A stretch of 64,000 nucleotides of DNA, from assembly GCA_964016885.1 (NCBI GenBank), contig OZ024740.1, positions 33,604,001-33,668,000 of the forward strand, written 5' to 3'. This DNA comes from Eledone cirrhosa (Eukaryota). The position numbers and the translations under genes were made by a program. Below the pieces are notes generated by a model. The model saw nothing but the letters and a program-made list of their open reading frames with translations, did no database searches and was not told where the DNA came from. This document shows, piece after piece, positions 36,290 to 47,700 of this stretch. Positions within the stretch are counted from its first letter, which is position 1. The number at the start of each line of letters is the position of its first letter.

Positions 36290-37030
36290 CTGTTGATAGA
36301 ACTCGACTGAGAAGGAAAAGCAGTTGGAGGAGCAAAGGTGGAGGAAGTGGTGGAGGGGGGCGTGTGGGGGATGACCGTGTAGAGGGTTTTGATGTCAAGG
36401 GTGAAGAGCAGGGGGATGGGCCAGGTGGAAAGATAAAGGAGTCAAAGAGGCGGGAGGGAAGCTACAAGGGGTTCGAGGATGGAGTCAAGATAGGCAGAGA
36501 TGAGTTTGCTGGGGCAGTTGCAGACAGAGACTATGCGGTGACCAGGGGTATCGGGTTTGTGGGTTTGGGGGAGGAAATAGATGGGGGCAGGGGGCGGACA
36601 ATGAGGTTGATGGCAGTGGGGTAGGAGGTGATGAATTGTATGGTGGAGGATACTTATTGCTGGTATTGAGGGGTGGGATCAGAGGGGAGGGGACGGAAGA
36701 AAAGAGAGTTACGAAGCTGTCGTAGAGCCGCCATCATGTAGAGGTTGGTATGCCACACCCCCACAGTGCCTCCCTTGTCCGCCGGTTTGATGACGATATC
36801 GTCATGACTTCGGTGGGAGTGAAGAGCAGCAATTTCAGACAGAAAGGTTGCTCCGTTTTGAGCGTTTTCAGAAGTTAAACCGGTTTGTGGCGCTATAGCA
36901 AGCACTGACGAAAGTGTCCAGGTCGTGGCGTTCAATGAGATGGTCGCCGGCCCAGGTTGTTCGGAGCCAGTGGTGTGCCATGGAAATGCGCCAGTAGTTT
37001 AGTGTGGCACACAAACCATTCAATGTATGC
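36290..37030 (-). mobile_element. Second Penelope-like RT fragment (different family, GC-richer)
   Basis: DDIVIKPADKGGTVGVW (ORF 36654-36935) and downstream IVSVCNCPSKLISAYLDSILEPLV and LFTLDIKTLYTVIPH. Confidence 0.75.
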
Positions 37031-37079
37031 TGAAGTGCGAAATTCATTGCTGTAAGAGGTGTGGGCTATATATATATAT

Positions 37080-37253
37080 ACAGTCCACACTGTAAATGTG
37101 GTTGGTGGTAGGAAGAGCATCCAGCTGTAAAAAAAATCTGCCAGAGACACTTCCGTACGAGCGAGACAGTCTCCCGACCATTCTCGCATCAAATGGAATA
37201 AAACCGTCTAACCCATGCTAGCGTGGAAGATGGACATTAAACGATGATGATGA
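37080..37253 (+). mobile_element. RTE 3'UTR fragment with (GAT)n tail
   Basis: cacactgtaaatgtggttggtggtaggaagagcatccagctgtaaa...aacccatgctagcgtggaagatggacattaaacgatgatgatg. Confidence 0.7.
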
Positions 37254-37277
37254 TATATATATATTTATACACAGACA

Positions 37278-40200
37278 CACATACATATATCATCATCATC
37301 ATCAGGTTTAGCGTCCGTGTTCCACGCTTGCATGGGTTTGGACGGGGGTTTTCCCACTTGAGGCAAGAGTGGTTGTCTTGCTCGCATAGGACTGTCTGGC
37401 GGGTTTTCTACAGTTGGATGTCCTTCCTAACACCAACCACATTTACAGTGTGGGTCTGGGAGGTTTTTACCGTGTTGCCTACACGGCCACATTACAGCGT
37501 GGACTGTCTGGCGGGTTTTCTACAGCTGGATGCCCTTCCTAACACCAACCACATTTACAGTGTGGGGCTGGGAGGTTTTTACCGTGTTGCCTACACGGCC
37601 ACATTACAGCGTGGACTGTGTGTTTTTTGTCGTGACACCTACACGATCTCATTTGTTTCGGCCTGGATGTTGTGGGACCAACATAACTGTACATTGAAAG
37701 GGGCGGTGTGGATGGGGTGGAGGTGGTGGGACGGGGGGGTGTTTTGATAGAGATGCCTACTGACTGTAGTAGGTTTTTACTTTGTATTTAGGTAAGGCGG
37801 GTCTTCTCTATTACTGAGTACCGCCAAAGGTCTCGGTCCAGTGACATTGTCTTGGAGAGGTGTAAGCGTGTGAGGTCGGAATTTATCAGCTCGTCCCATG
37901 TTTTTCTGGGTCTGCCTACTCCGTGGCTACCGTCTATCTTTATTGCCCTGCACTTTGTTATACAGCTGTCGTCTTTCATGCGCATCACGTGACCGTACCA
38001 ACGTAGCCTTCTCTCGAGTAAACAACATCTGATCCCTCTTATTTCTAATTTTTTCCTTAGTTCGTTTATGCTTTGCCGTTCACGTATATTACTATTGCAC
38101 ATCCAGCGGAGCATGCAAGCTTCGTTCCTCTCTAGTCTGCGTATATCCTCTGCACACAATGCCCAGGTCTCACTGCCATGCAGCATTGCTGTTCGTATGC
38201 AGGCATCGTATAACCTGCCTTTCATTTTTAGGGAGAACCCTCTAGCGGCTAATAGTGGTATAAGCTCTCTGAACTTTTTCCATCCAGTTCTGACTCTAGC
38301 TACTGTACTTTCAGAGCACCCTCCCCCACTGCTGATTTTGTCACCCAGGTAACGGAAGCTGTCCACTATTTCTATAGAACCCTCTGCGCAGTTGAAGGAG
38401 CTAGTATTTTGTGGGCACTTGCTGCTACTTATTGCACCAGAGCACCGGCCACATGTAAAATCTATGTTCTTAGTTAGCTTACCTGTGATCCCACTACATC
38501 TTTTATGCACCCATACTTTGCATTTGGGACATAAAATGGAGTTTCTACCTACGCCTTTCCCACACACTGAGCATGGCCATTTCCCAGATGGGACTGCCGC
38601 CATATTTTCTTTCCTACAAACTAGAACTTTAGTCTTAGCCAGGTTAATTTTAAGGCCTTTTGATTCTAGGCCGTGCTTCCATGTTTGGAATTTCTTCTCT
38701 AGTTCGGTCATTGATTCAGCTATGAGCGTTAGATCATCTGCGTATAGGAGTTCCCATGGGCAGCCGGTCTTGAACTCCTCTGTTATAGCCTGAAGGGCAA
38801 TAATAAATAGTAGGGGGCTAAGAACAGAGCCCTGATGGACACCAACTTTTACGCTAAACTCTTCACTATATTCGTTGTTAATTCTAACCTTACTGACTGT
38901 TTCTTTATACATGGCTTGTATAGCTCTCACAAGCCATTCGTCAACACCTAGTTTTCTAAGAGACCACCAGATAATGGAACGGGGGACTCTGTTGAAGGCT
39001 TTCTCCAAGTCGACGAAAGCTAAGTATAGGGGTTTACTTTTAGCTAGGCACTTCTCCTGTAGTTGTCGTACAATGAAAAGAGCGTCTGTGGTACTTTTGC
39101 CTGACACAAATCCGAACTGCATTTCATCTAGATCAATTCTCTCTCTGATTAGTTGCGCTATTACTTTTTCCGTGACCTTCATGACCTGGTCGATTAATTT
39201 AATGCCTCTATAGTTACTCCTATCTAGGGCATCTCCTTTTCCCTTATAGCAGTTAACGATGATGCTGCTACGCCAGTCCTTCGGAACAACCCCATTCTGT
39301 ACGACTTGGTTAACTATCCGGGTGACCATGGTGTGTCCCACCGAACCAGATGCCTTCAGCATCTCAGCAACTATTTCCGAAGGACCAGCCGCCTTACCCG
39401 TCTTCATATCTTTGATTGCCTTGCTTATTGTACTACCCTGGACTAACACTGCTGGTCCCTCTATTGGGTCGATGTGGGGGAGACTGTCTTTCTCCCATTT
39501 GTTCTCTTCATTTAGAAGCCTTTCGTAGTGACACTTCCAAGCTACCTTCTTATCAGCGTCGGTGATGGCAAGTATGCCATCATCGTTAAGCACACACTTC
39601 TCCCCGACAATATCACGGTTTTCCTTGACACATTGCCTGGCAATCCTGAACACCTCACGTTTCTGGTCCTCACGTTGTAGAACATGCTTGAACTTTCTTT
39701 CCTCTGCTTCCCTTCTTGCGAAGTACACTTGTCTCCTAGCTTCCCTCCTGGCCACTTGATAGTCTTCTCTACTTCCCCCATCCCGCCATGCTTTCCAAGC
39801 CTGCTTTTTGGCCTTAATTGACTCCTCCACCTTACTGTTCCACCACCATGTTACTCTCCTCCTACCTACAGGCCTGCTCCAGCCACAGACTTCGTCTGCC
39901 GCCGTCAGCAGGTTTGCTCTCAGGAATTCCCACTGTTCCTCTATATTATACGACTCTAATTGCTCTTCCTTACTGTCGAAAGCGTCAAGTAATATGCTTT
40001 GAAATTTATTTCTGGCTATGGGGTCCTTTAGCTTCCATATTTTTCTCCTGATGATAGTCCTCTTCCGCTGTCTAGTACGTCTCGTCCTGACTATGAGGTC
40101 GCTAATTATCAGTCTATGTTGGGAGGTGAATTCTTCATGGGGGAGGGATTTAGTGTTAACAACAGACACTGTCACGTCTTCTGGTAAGGATATAATCTAC

Positions 40201-40300
40201 CTGGCTTGTGTGTTCCCCCGATCTATAGGTGATCAAGTGATTGTCTCGTTTTTTTGAAGTTAGTGTTACAGATAGTTAAGTTATTTGCGTCGCAGAATTC
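37278..40300 (-). mobile_element. 5'-truncated RTE LINE with an uninterrupted 795-codon ORF (endonuclease end, RT with PHD-type finger, C-terminus) and a 112-bp tandem duplication in the 3'UTR
   Basis: ORF 37788-40175 has SQHRLII, NYRGI, QFGF, QGSVLSP, YADD, RYLG and RRLRWYGHVMR. The (CAT)n tail is at ~37290. The duplicated units start at 37389 and 37501. Confidence 0.95.
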
Positions 40301-40335
40301 CATATATATATATAACTATTTCAAACTCTATTTAA

Positions 40336-41373
40336 CCCTTTAGCATTCACATTAATTTGTCAAATGTCATGTTTATCTGTTCACATTATTTTAAGTTAAT
40401 CATACTCAAGAGGGTTATCAATTTTATTTGTTTGTAATTTTCTTAGTATATATTTTGTTTAAATATCAATAATTTACAATTATATAATTTTACCTGATTT
40501 TTTTTGTTAAATTTGACTTTTATGGGCAGGTGAAATTAATTAATAGGGACATTTGAAGTATCAACCAGGTGCAAATACTGGTTTAATTTTAAATACGTTG
40601 TTTTCGGCATAATACTTGACATATAAGGATCACTAAACCTTATATCAGTGCTCCAGTAATTTCAGTCTTGGAAATTGTTTTAATATTTACAGTAAAAAAT
40701 GCTTGCATTTCCGCAGCATCTGTCGGTCGCCATAACAGATCGGGTTTTCCTCGATTTGAAATCTGTTGTTGGGCATATCGATTAATCTCTTCTGCCACAA
40801 TTTAGAAGAAAGTTTGTGGTAAAAACAAAAAGAAATAATCCAGTGCTTTAGCATCGGGAGCTAATGTGTGTTGTGGACCAGTATTTTGAATAAAATCGAG
40901 AACATATATTGGTGTGGTATTTTTCAACCACGTTGCTGTAATATTTTCAATGGCGTCCTGGAGATCTCCTTCGTTTCCACTTTCAAAACAACAATCATCG
41001 TCGGATGAAATTTCAGAAATGTAAACATCTGATTCATTTGAAGATAAATCACTAATATTATCTTTTGAATGTCGTCGTGTGTAAAACCTTCAAAGTCGGT
41101 ATTGCTACTTTCACAAGCCATGTTGGTTGATACACCAACAAATCTGTTCTACTTTCAAAGTTAAAAAAACACTTGTTTTAAGTTGTTTCACTATATTAAG
41201 TGTTAATTTTCGTGGTAAGGGCCTAATCTCGTTGTAATCTAGAATTGACGAGATTTTGATGACGGTATTGTTTATTTTTAGAACAATATGTTAGTGTGGG
41301 TGTTATCGGCCGGCTTCGGGCGGTTTGAACAAATGAAGGGGAAATAATTGCGGCTGGTTTGAACACTAAAGGG
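40336..41373 (-). mobile_element. Second piggyBac deletion derivative of the same family as 28206-29620, opposite orientation
   Basis: TTAA at 40332-35 and 41374-77; CCCTTTAG TIRs; MACESSNTDFEGFT matches MASESSDNEFEGFT. Confidence 0.88.
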
Positions 41374-42173
41374 TTAAATAGTAAATAATCTTGAGGTGTC
41401 TAAAAAAAATGGCAACTAAACTGGCAACCGCACCAAGCTTGCTTGGTGAGAAGGGTGATTTTTGGACACCCTGCAGCACAAAAAAGAACTTGTCAATGAG
41501 CAAAGAAAAGTCAATGGTTATCCAATAGTGTGTAAAATAAACTGGGTAGACAAAGCTCATTAGCTTTGGATGGCAGTCTATCTAGAAGAATCTCTTATTT
41601 TAAAACTGGGGTAGATGAGACTCATTTTAAGTGGCCAATGGCTTCATCCTTGTGATGAAGGCAGATAAGCTGCAGCTCGGTAGCCAGTTTCTGAGCAATG
41701 GTCAAATGATGATTCATGACCCACAGACGTCATTTTATCCTCATGAGAATCATGGACATACAGCATCATATAGATGAGCACTGGTGCAATTGTCCATGAA
41801 ACCCAACCCTCAGCAATGAGGATAAGAAGAGACCAAGACCAATTGTGTACAGTCTGTAAAATAGTTGGTGATAGGAATGACAATCTGCCATAAAAAATCT
41901 GCCAAATAAATGGCTGGGTGGTGGTGGTGGTGGGGGAGACTCTTGAGCTGTGTCAAAGACATAACAACCACCATGGTGCTGGTGCCATGATAAAATGCAC
42001 TCAGTAAAGCATGGGAATGTATATAAGCAAGATGTAAGCCCCTGGCCCATCTGAGAAGGGACAGTAGCTCCATTTGAATACTGACTTGGTCCATCTAATT
42101 CTTCTAACAATCCATCTAATCCTTGCTAGCAAGGAAAACAGCCATTAAATTATGATAATGATGACTGGAGTCA

Positions 42174-42178
<5 letters not shown>

Positions 42179-42216
<38 letters not shown>
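42179..42216. repeat. (GA)n microsatellite
   Basis: Directly visible. Confidence 0.9.
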
Positions 42217-42218
<2 letters not shown>

Positions 42219-42260
42219 AAATTCAACTGTTTGAAATAAGATAGAAATACATGTATTTAC

Positions 42261-42384
42261 TTCAATTTTTTCAATGTTCATTAGAAACTGGGCTTTTAAT
42301 TGGAAGGCTTCTGGATTCTGAGGGTCAGCAGCTATGGCTTTCTCTACATTTTCTTGACATTTGTCAGCTGCTCCTTGCTCTAGG
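42261..42384 (-). CDS. ACL4: Acl4-like exon ([C]LEQGAADKCQENVEKAIAADPQNPEAFQLKAQFLMNIEKIE), TPR
   Basis: AG/GT bounded, 124 nt, phase 2 to phase 0. Confidence 0.87.
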
Positions 42385-42588
42385 CTAAAATAAACACATA
42401 ACAAATCAACTGAGTAAAAGTGAAGAAACCAAGAAAGATATGGTTAAAAATGATGGATGAAGTCAGGGAGTTGGTGAGTGGGAGGAAAATGCAGAAGTTT
42501 GTCATGAGATAGCAAGGGTAAGCCCTGTTTTGATAGAGAAGGAGGACTTAAAATGCTTGTTGTGTTTATATAAAATCATTACACTTAC

Positions 42589-42704
42589 CATAAATCTGTC
42601 ATGTAAATCTCTGCAATGGCACAATAAGCTGATGAAATATCTCGTTCTGATGCAAAATATTCTATTTCAGGAGCTGTTGTAGTTCCTTCTGCTGCTTTAG
42701 AAAG
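42589..42704 (-). CDS. ACL4: Acl4-like exon (LSKAAEG...DISSAYCAIAEIYMTDL[C])
   Basis: AG/GT bounded, 116 nt. EIYMTDLC is the conserved Acl4-family motif as I recall it. Confidence 0.87.
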
Positions 42705-42967
42705 CTAGGAATAAGATATATATAACGTGTTTCAAAACTATGGAAGGTGATAAGCAATAAGAGAGATACCAATAGCACATCTGATACATTTATCATTATT
42801 TACTATAGAGTACATCTGATGTATCAAAATTCAAGTAAATTACAAACTATTATTGAAAACTAAGTTTATTAACTTGGAAGGTATTGTAAGATTTCAAGTA
42901 TGTATACTTGTATGTATGAGTGACAACTCTAGTTTATAGACTGCTATTTTACAATGTACCACATGTG

Positions 42968-43045
42968 TGAAGGTGCGTGGCTTAGTGATTAGAGAGTTGG
43001 AATTGCAATCATGAGTTTGAGTTCAATTCCTGGACTGAGCGATGA
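42968..43045 (+). mobile_element. tRNA-derived SINE head
   Basis: A box TGGCTTAGTGA and B box GAGTTCAATTCC; no intact cloverleaf. Confidence 0.55.
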
Positions 43046-43436
43046 CTGTCAGGAGCTGTGGTGAGCTGATAGTATCAGCAATGGAAATATCGATAAAAAC
43101 AAATTTCTTTCGTCTGATTTGATAATCGATTCCTTTCTATTTTTCATTGTATGTGAGGTAGATAAGTCACATGCTGAATTTAACATTATATAATCTGTGG
43201 AAATAAGGCCTGACGTTTAGAAATCTAATAGAAATACTTCAAGGAATAGTCCTCAGTAGTTTTGTGATATCAAAATGAAGTACTTAATTGGCACCTGTTA
43301 TTCATAAACCATTGATGCTTCTCTTTGCCAAATTACAGCAGCTTCTTTTTCCTAAACTTGTGTGGTCCAATTAAATGTCACTTATATACCCCAAGCCCTA
43401 TAAACAACATACATATTTCTAATGTGACACTATTAA

Positions 43437-43633
43437 CCCTTTAACATTTAAATCGGCTGTATCCGGCCAGAATTCTCTTACCACTTTCTGTTCAAACTGG
43501 CCCCTCATACTGATATTAAGGTATTGTTCTCAAAATAATAATATCAAAATCTCATAGATTCGATAATTATGTGAGGTAAAGCCTTTACCATGAAAATATA
43601 ATAGTATATATAAGTAATGTAAATGCTAAAGGG
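43437..43633. mobile_element. piggyBac-type MITE (same family as 30143-30330)
   Basis: TTAA|CCCTTTAA ... CTAAAGGG|TTAA, internal sequence shared with the first copy. Confidence 0.8.
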
Positions 43634-43685
43634 TTAAGGAACACTGGGCACACACACAAGGGTGTGCGTGTGTGCACATACATAT

Positions 43686-44061
43686 CATCATCACCGTTTT
43701 ACGTCCGTTCCTCCATTCTGGCATGGGTTAGACGGGTTGTCCTGTTGTGGGCAGTGTCCAGTCGGCTGACCTTGTCTTGCTCATACAGGAACTGATTCTG
43801 GCTTGATTTCTACAGTTGGATGCCCTTCCTAACACCAACCTCATTTACAGTGAGTGCTGGGTGCTGTTTTCCGTGATGCCTACACGTCCACTTTGCAGTG
43901 TGGGCTGGGTGCTTTTTTGCCATGGCACCTCCACGACCACTTTGCAGTGGGAGCATATTGTCTATATGCTTCAGCTTCGGCTTGTCCCTGTGGGAAGTCG
44001 GGTCTTCTGTATTACTGCGTGACACCAGAGGTCACGGTTGTGTGTGATCGCCCTTGAGAGG
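43686..44061 (-). mobile_element. Short 5'-truncated copy of the RTE family at 1248-3192
   Basis: Near-identical to 1255-1635, flanked by TA repeats. Confidence 0.85.
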
Positions 44062-44176
44062 TATATATATATAATGAGTGGTTACATAAAAAGCAAGGAT
44101 ATAACTTTTTTGTAAGTTTCAAAATATTTACACTCGTTGAGATAAATGAAAAGAAAAAGAAACTAGAAATTCATAC

Positions 44177-44323
44177 CTCACTATTTAATTCTTTTTCCTT
44201 AAGCATAACTTCAATTCCTTTGAGGAAATACTGGACAGAGGATTCTCCTTGTTCTGTCTGTCCAAGGTACATATACTTGGCATGTCCAAGATCAGGTTGA
44301 CATTCAACAGCTTTAAGAAAAAA
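44177..44323 (-). CDS. ACL4: Acl4-like exon (FFLKAVECQPDLGHAKYMYLGQTEQGESSVQYFLKGIEVM...), the most 5' exon in the window
   Basis: AG at 44324-25 and GT at 44175-76; 147 nt. GH.KY.YLGQ...G..S...F.KGI is typical of Acl4-like proteins. Confidence 0.87.
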
Positions 44324-44700
44324 CTGTAAAAAAAATGATGCTATGAAAATCATAAAAAATATGAAAAATATGATTAAACTATTAATATTTTTTTATGTTG
44401 TAAATGGAAAATCAAAAAAATTCACTCAATAAAACTAATTAATTACTGTATTATACTCATATATAAGCCAAGAAATATGTGCCCCCCCCCCCCCACCTCC
44501 CCCTCCAATCGATGGTGGCAGTCGGGACTTATATTCAAAGTCAATATTTTGCTGATTTTCATCAACTTCAAAATTCTATGTAAATGAGGTGCTAAAATAT
44601 TTTCACTTTGTATGACAGATAAAGGAAGTTTAAAGAAGTTTACTTTTATTAACAGAAAATTATTCTTTTTCTGAGATTCTGTTAGTTAAGAGTCCTGATC

Positions 44701-47700
44701 CCATCAACCATCTTTACTGCTATCTTCCAACTCTCTCTTACCATCAACCATCTTTACTGCTATCTTCCAACTCTCTCTTACCATCAACCATCTTTACTGC
44801 TATCTTCTAACTCTCTCTTACCATCAACCATCTTTACTGCTATCTTCCAACTCTCTCTTACCATCAATCATCTTTACTGCTATCTTCCAACTCTCTCTTA
44901 CCGTCAACCATCTTTACTGCTACCTTCCAACTCTCACTTACCATCAACCATCTTTACTGCTATCTTCCAACTCTCTCTTACCATCAACCATCTTTACTGC
45001 TATCTTCCAACTCTCTCTTACCATCAACCATCTTTACTGCTATCTTCTAACTCTCTCTTACCATCAACCATCTTTACTGCTATCTTCCAACTCTCTCTTA
45101 CCATCAACCATCTTTACTGCTATCTTCCAACTCTCTCTTACCATCAACCATCTTTACTGCTATCTTCCAACTCTCTCTTACCATCAACCATCTTTACTGC
45201 TATCTTCCAACTCTCTCTTCCCATCAACCATCTTTACTGCTATCTTCCAACTGTCTCTAACCATCAACCATCTTTACTGCTATCTTCCAACTCTCTCTTA
45301 CCATCAACCATCTTTACTGCTAACTTCCAACTCTCTCTTACCAATAACCATCTTTACTGCTATCTTCTAACTCTCTCTTACCATCAACCATTTTTACTGC
45401 TATCTTCTAACTCTCTCTTACCATCAACCATCTTTACTGCTATCTTCCAACTCTCTCTTACCATCAACCATCTTTACTGCTATCTTCCAACTCTCTCTTA
45501 CCATCAACCATCTTTACTGCTATCTTCCAACTCTCTCTTCCCATCAACCATCTTTACTGCTATCTTCCAACTGTCTCTAACCATCAACCATCTTTACTGC
45601 TATCTTCCAACTCTCTCTTACCATCAACCATCTTTACTGCTAACTTCCAACTCTCTCTTACCAATAACCATCTTTACTGCTATCTTCTAACTCTCTCTTA
45701 CCATCAACCATTTTTACTGCTATCTTCTAACTCTCTCTTACCATCAACCATCTTTACTGCTATCTTCCAACTCTCTCTTACCATCAACCATCTTTACTGC
45801 TATCTTCTAACTCTCTCTTACCATCAACCATCTTTACTGCTACCTTCCAACTCTCTCTTACCATCAACCATCTTTACTGCTATCTTCTAACTCTCTCTTA
45901 CCATCAACCATCTTTACTGCTATCTTCTAACTGTCTCTTACCATCAACCATCTTTACTGCTACCTTCCAACTCTCTCTTACCAATAACCATCTTTACTGC
46001 TAACTTCCAACTGCTATCTTCCAACTCTCTCTTATCATCAACCATCTTTACTGCTATCTTCCAACTCTCTCTTACCATCAACCATCTTTACTGCTATCTT
46101 CCAACTCTCTCTTACCATCAACCATCTTTACTGCTATCTTCCAACTCTCTCTTACCATCAACCATCTTTACTGCTACCTTCCAACTCACTCTTACCATCA
46201 ACCATCTTTACTGCTATCTTCCAACTCTCTCTTACCATCAACCATCTTTACTGCTATCTTCCAACTCTCTCTTACCAATAACCATCTTTACTGCTATCTT
46301 CTAACTCTCTCTTACCATCAACTGTCTTTACTGCTACCTTCCAACTCTCTCTTACCATCAACCATCTTTACTGCTATCTTCCAACTCTCTCTTACCATCA
46401 ACCATCTTTACTGCTACCTTCCAACTCTCTCTTACCATCAACCATCTTTACTGCTATCTTCCAACTCTCTCTTACCATCAACCATCTTTACTGCTATCTT
46501 CCAACTCTCTCTTACCATCAACCATCTTTACTGCTATCTTCCAACTCTCTCTTACCATCAACCATCTTTACTGCTATCTTCCAACTCTCTCTTACCATCA
46601 ACCATCTTTACTGCTACCTTCCAACTCACTCTTACCATCAACCATCTTTACTGCTATCTTCCAACTCTCTCTTACCATCAACCATCTTTACTGCTATCTT
46701 CCAACTCTCTCTTACCATCAACCATCTTTACTGCTATCTTCCAACTCTCTCTTACCAATAACCATCTTTACTGCTATCTTCTAACTCTCTCTTACCATCA
46801 ACCATCTTTACTGCTATCTTCTAACTCTCTCTTACCATCAACCATCTTTACTGCTATCTTCTAACTCTCTCTTACCATCAACCATCTTTACTGCTATCTT
46901 CTAACTGTCTCTTACCATCAACCATCTTTACTGCTACCTTCCAACTCTCTCTTACCAATAACCATCTTTACTGCTAACTTCCAACTGCTATCTTCCAACT
47001 CTCTCTTACCATCAACCATCTTTACTGCTATCTTCCAACTCTCTCTTACCAATAACCATCTTTACTGCTATCTTCTAACTCTCTCTTACCATCAACTGTC
47101 TTTACTGCTACCTTCCAACTCTCTCTTACCATCAACCATCTTTACTGCTATCTTCCAACTCTCTCTTACCATCAACCATCTTTACTGCTACCTTCCAACT
47201 CTCTCTTACCATCAACCATCTTTACTGCTATCTTCCAACTCTCTCTTACCATCAACCATCTTTTCTGCTACCTTCCAACTCTCTCTCTTACCATCAACCA
47301 TCTTTACTGCTATCTTCCCACTCTCTCTTACCATCAACCATCTTTACTGCTATCTTCTAACTCTCTCTTACCATCAACCATCTTTACTGCTATCTTCCAA
47401 CTCTCTCTTACCATCAACCATCTTTACTGCTATCTTCCAACTCTCTCTTACCATCAACCATCTTTACTGCTATCTTCCAACTCTCTCTTACCATCAATCA
47501 TCTTTACTGCTATCTTCCAACTCTCTCTTACCGTCAACCATCTTTACTGCTACCTTCCAACTCTCACTTACCATCAACCATCTTTACTGCTATCTTCCAA
47601 CTCTCTCTTACCAATAACCATCTTTACTGCTATCTTCCAACTCTCTCTTACCATCAACCATCTTTACTGCTATCTTCTAACTCTCTCTTACCATCAACCA

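Noticed and set aside
38068-40257. Multiple + strand ORFs here and at 1681-2795 and 19554-20866
   Set aside because: Antisense shadows of LINE coding sequence.
42968-43045. Possible tRNA gene
   Set aside because: A and B boxes are present but there is no acceptor stem or cloverleaf; better explained as a SINE head.
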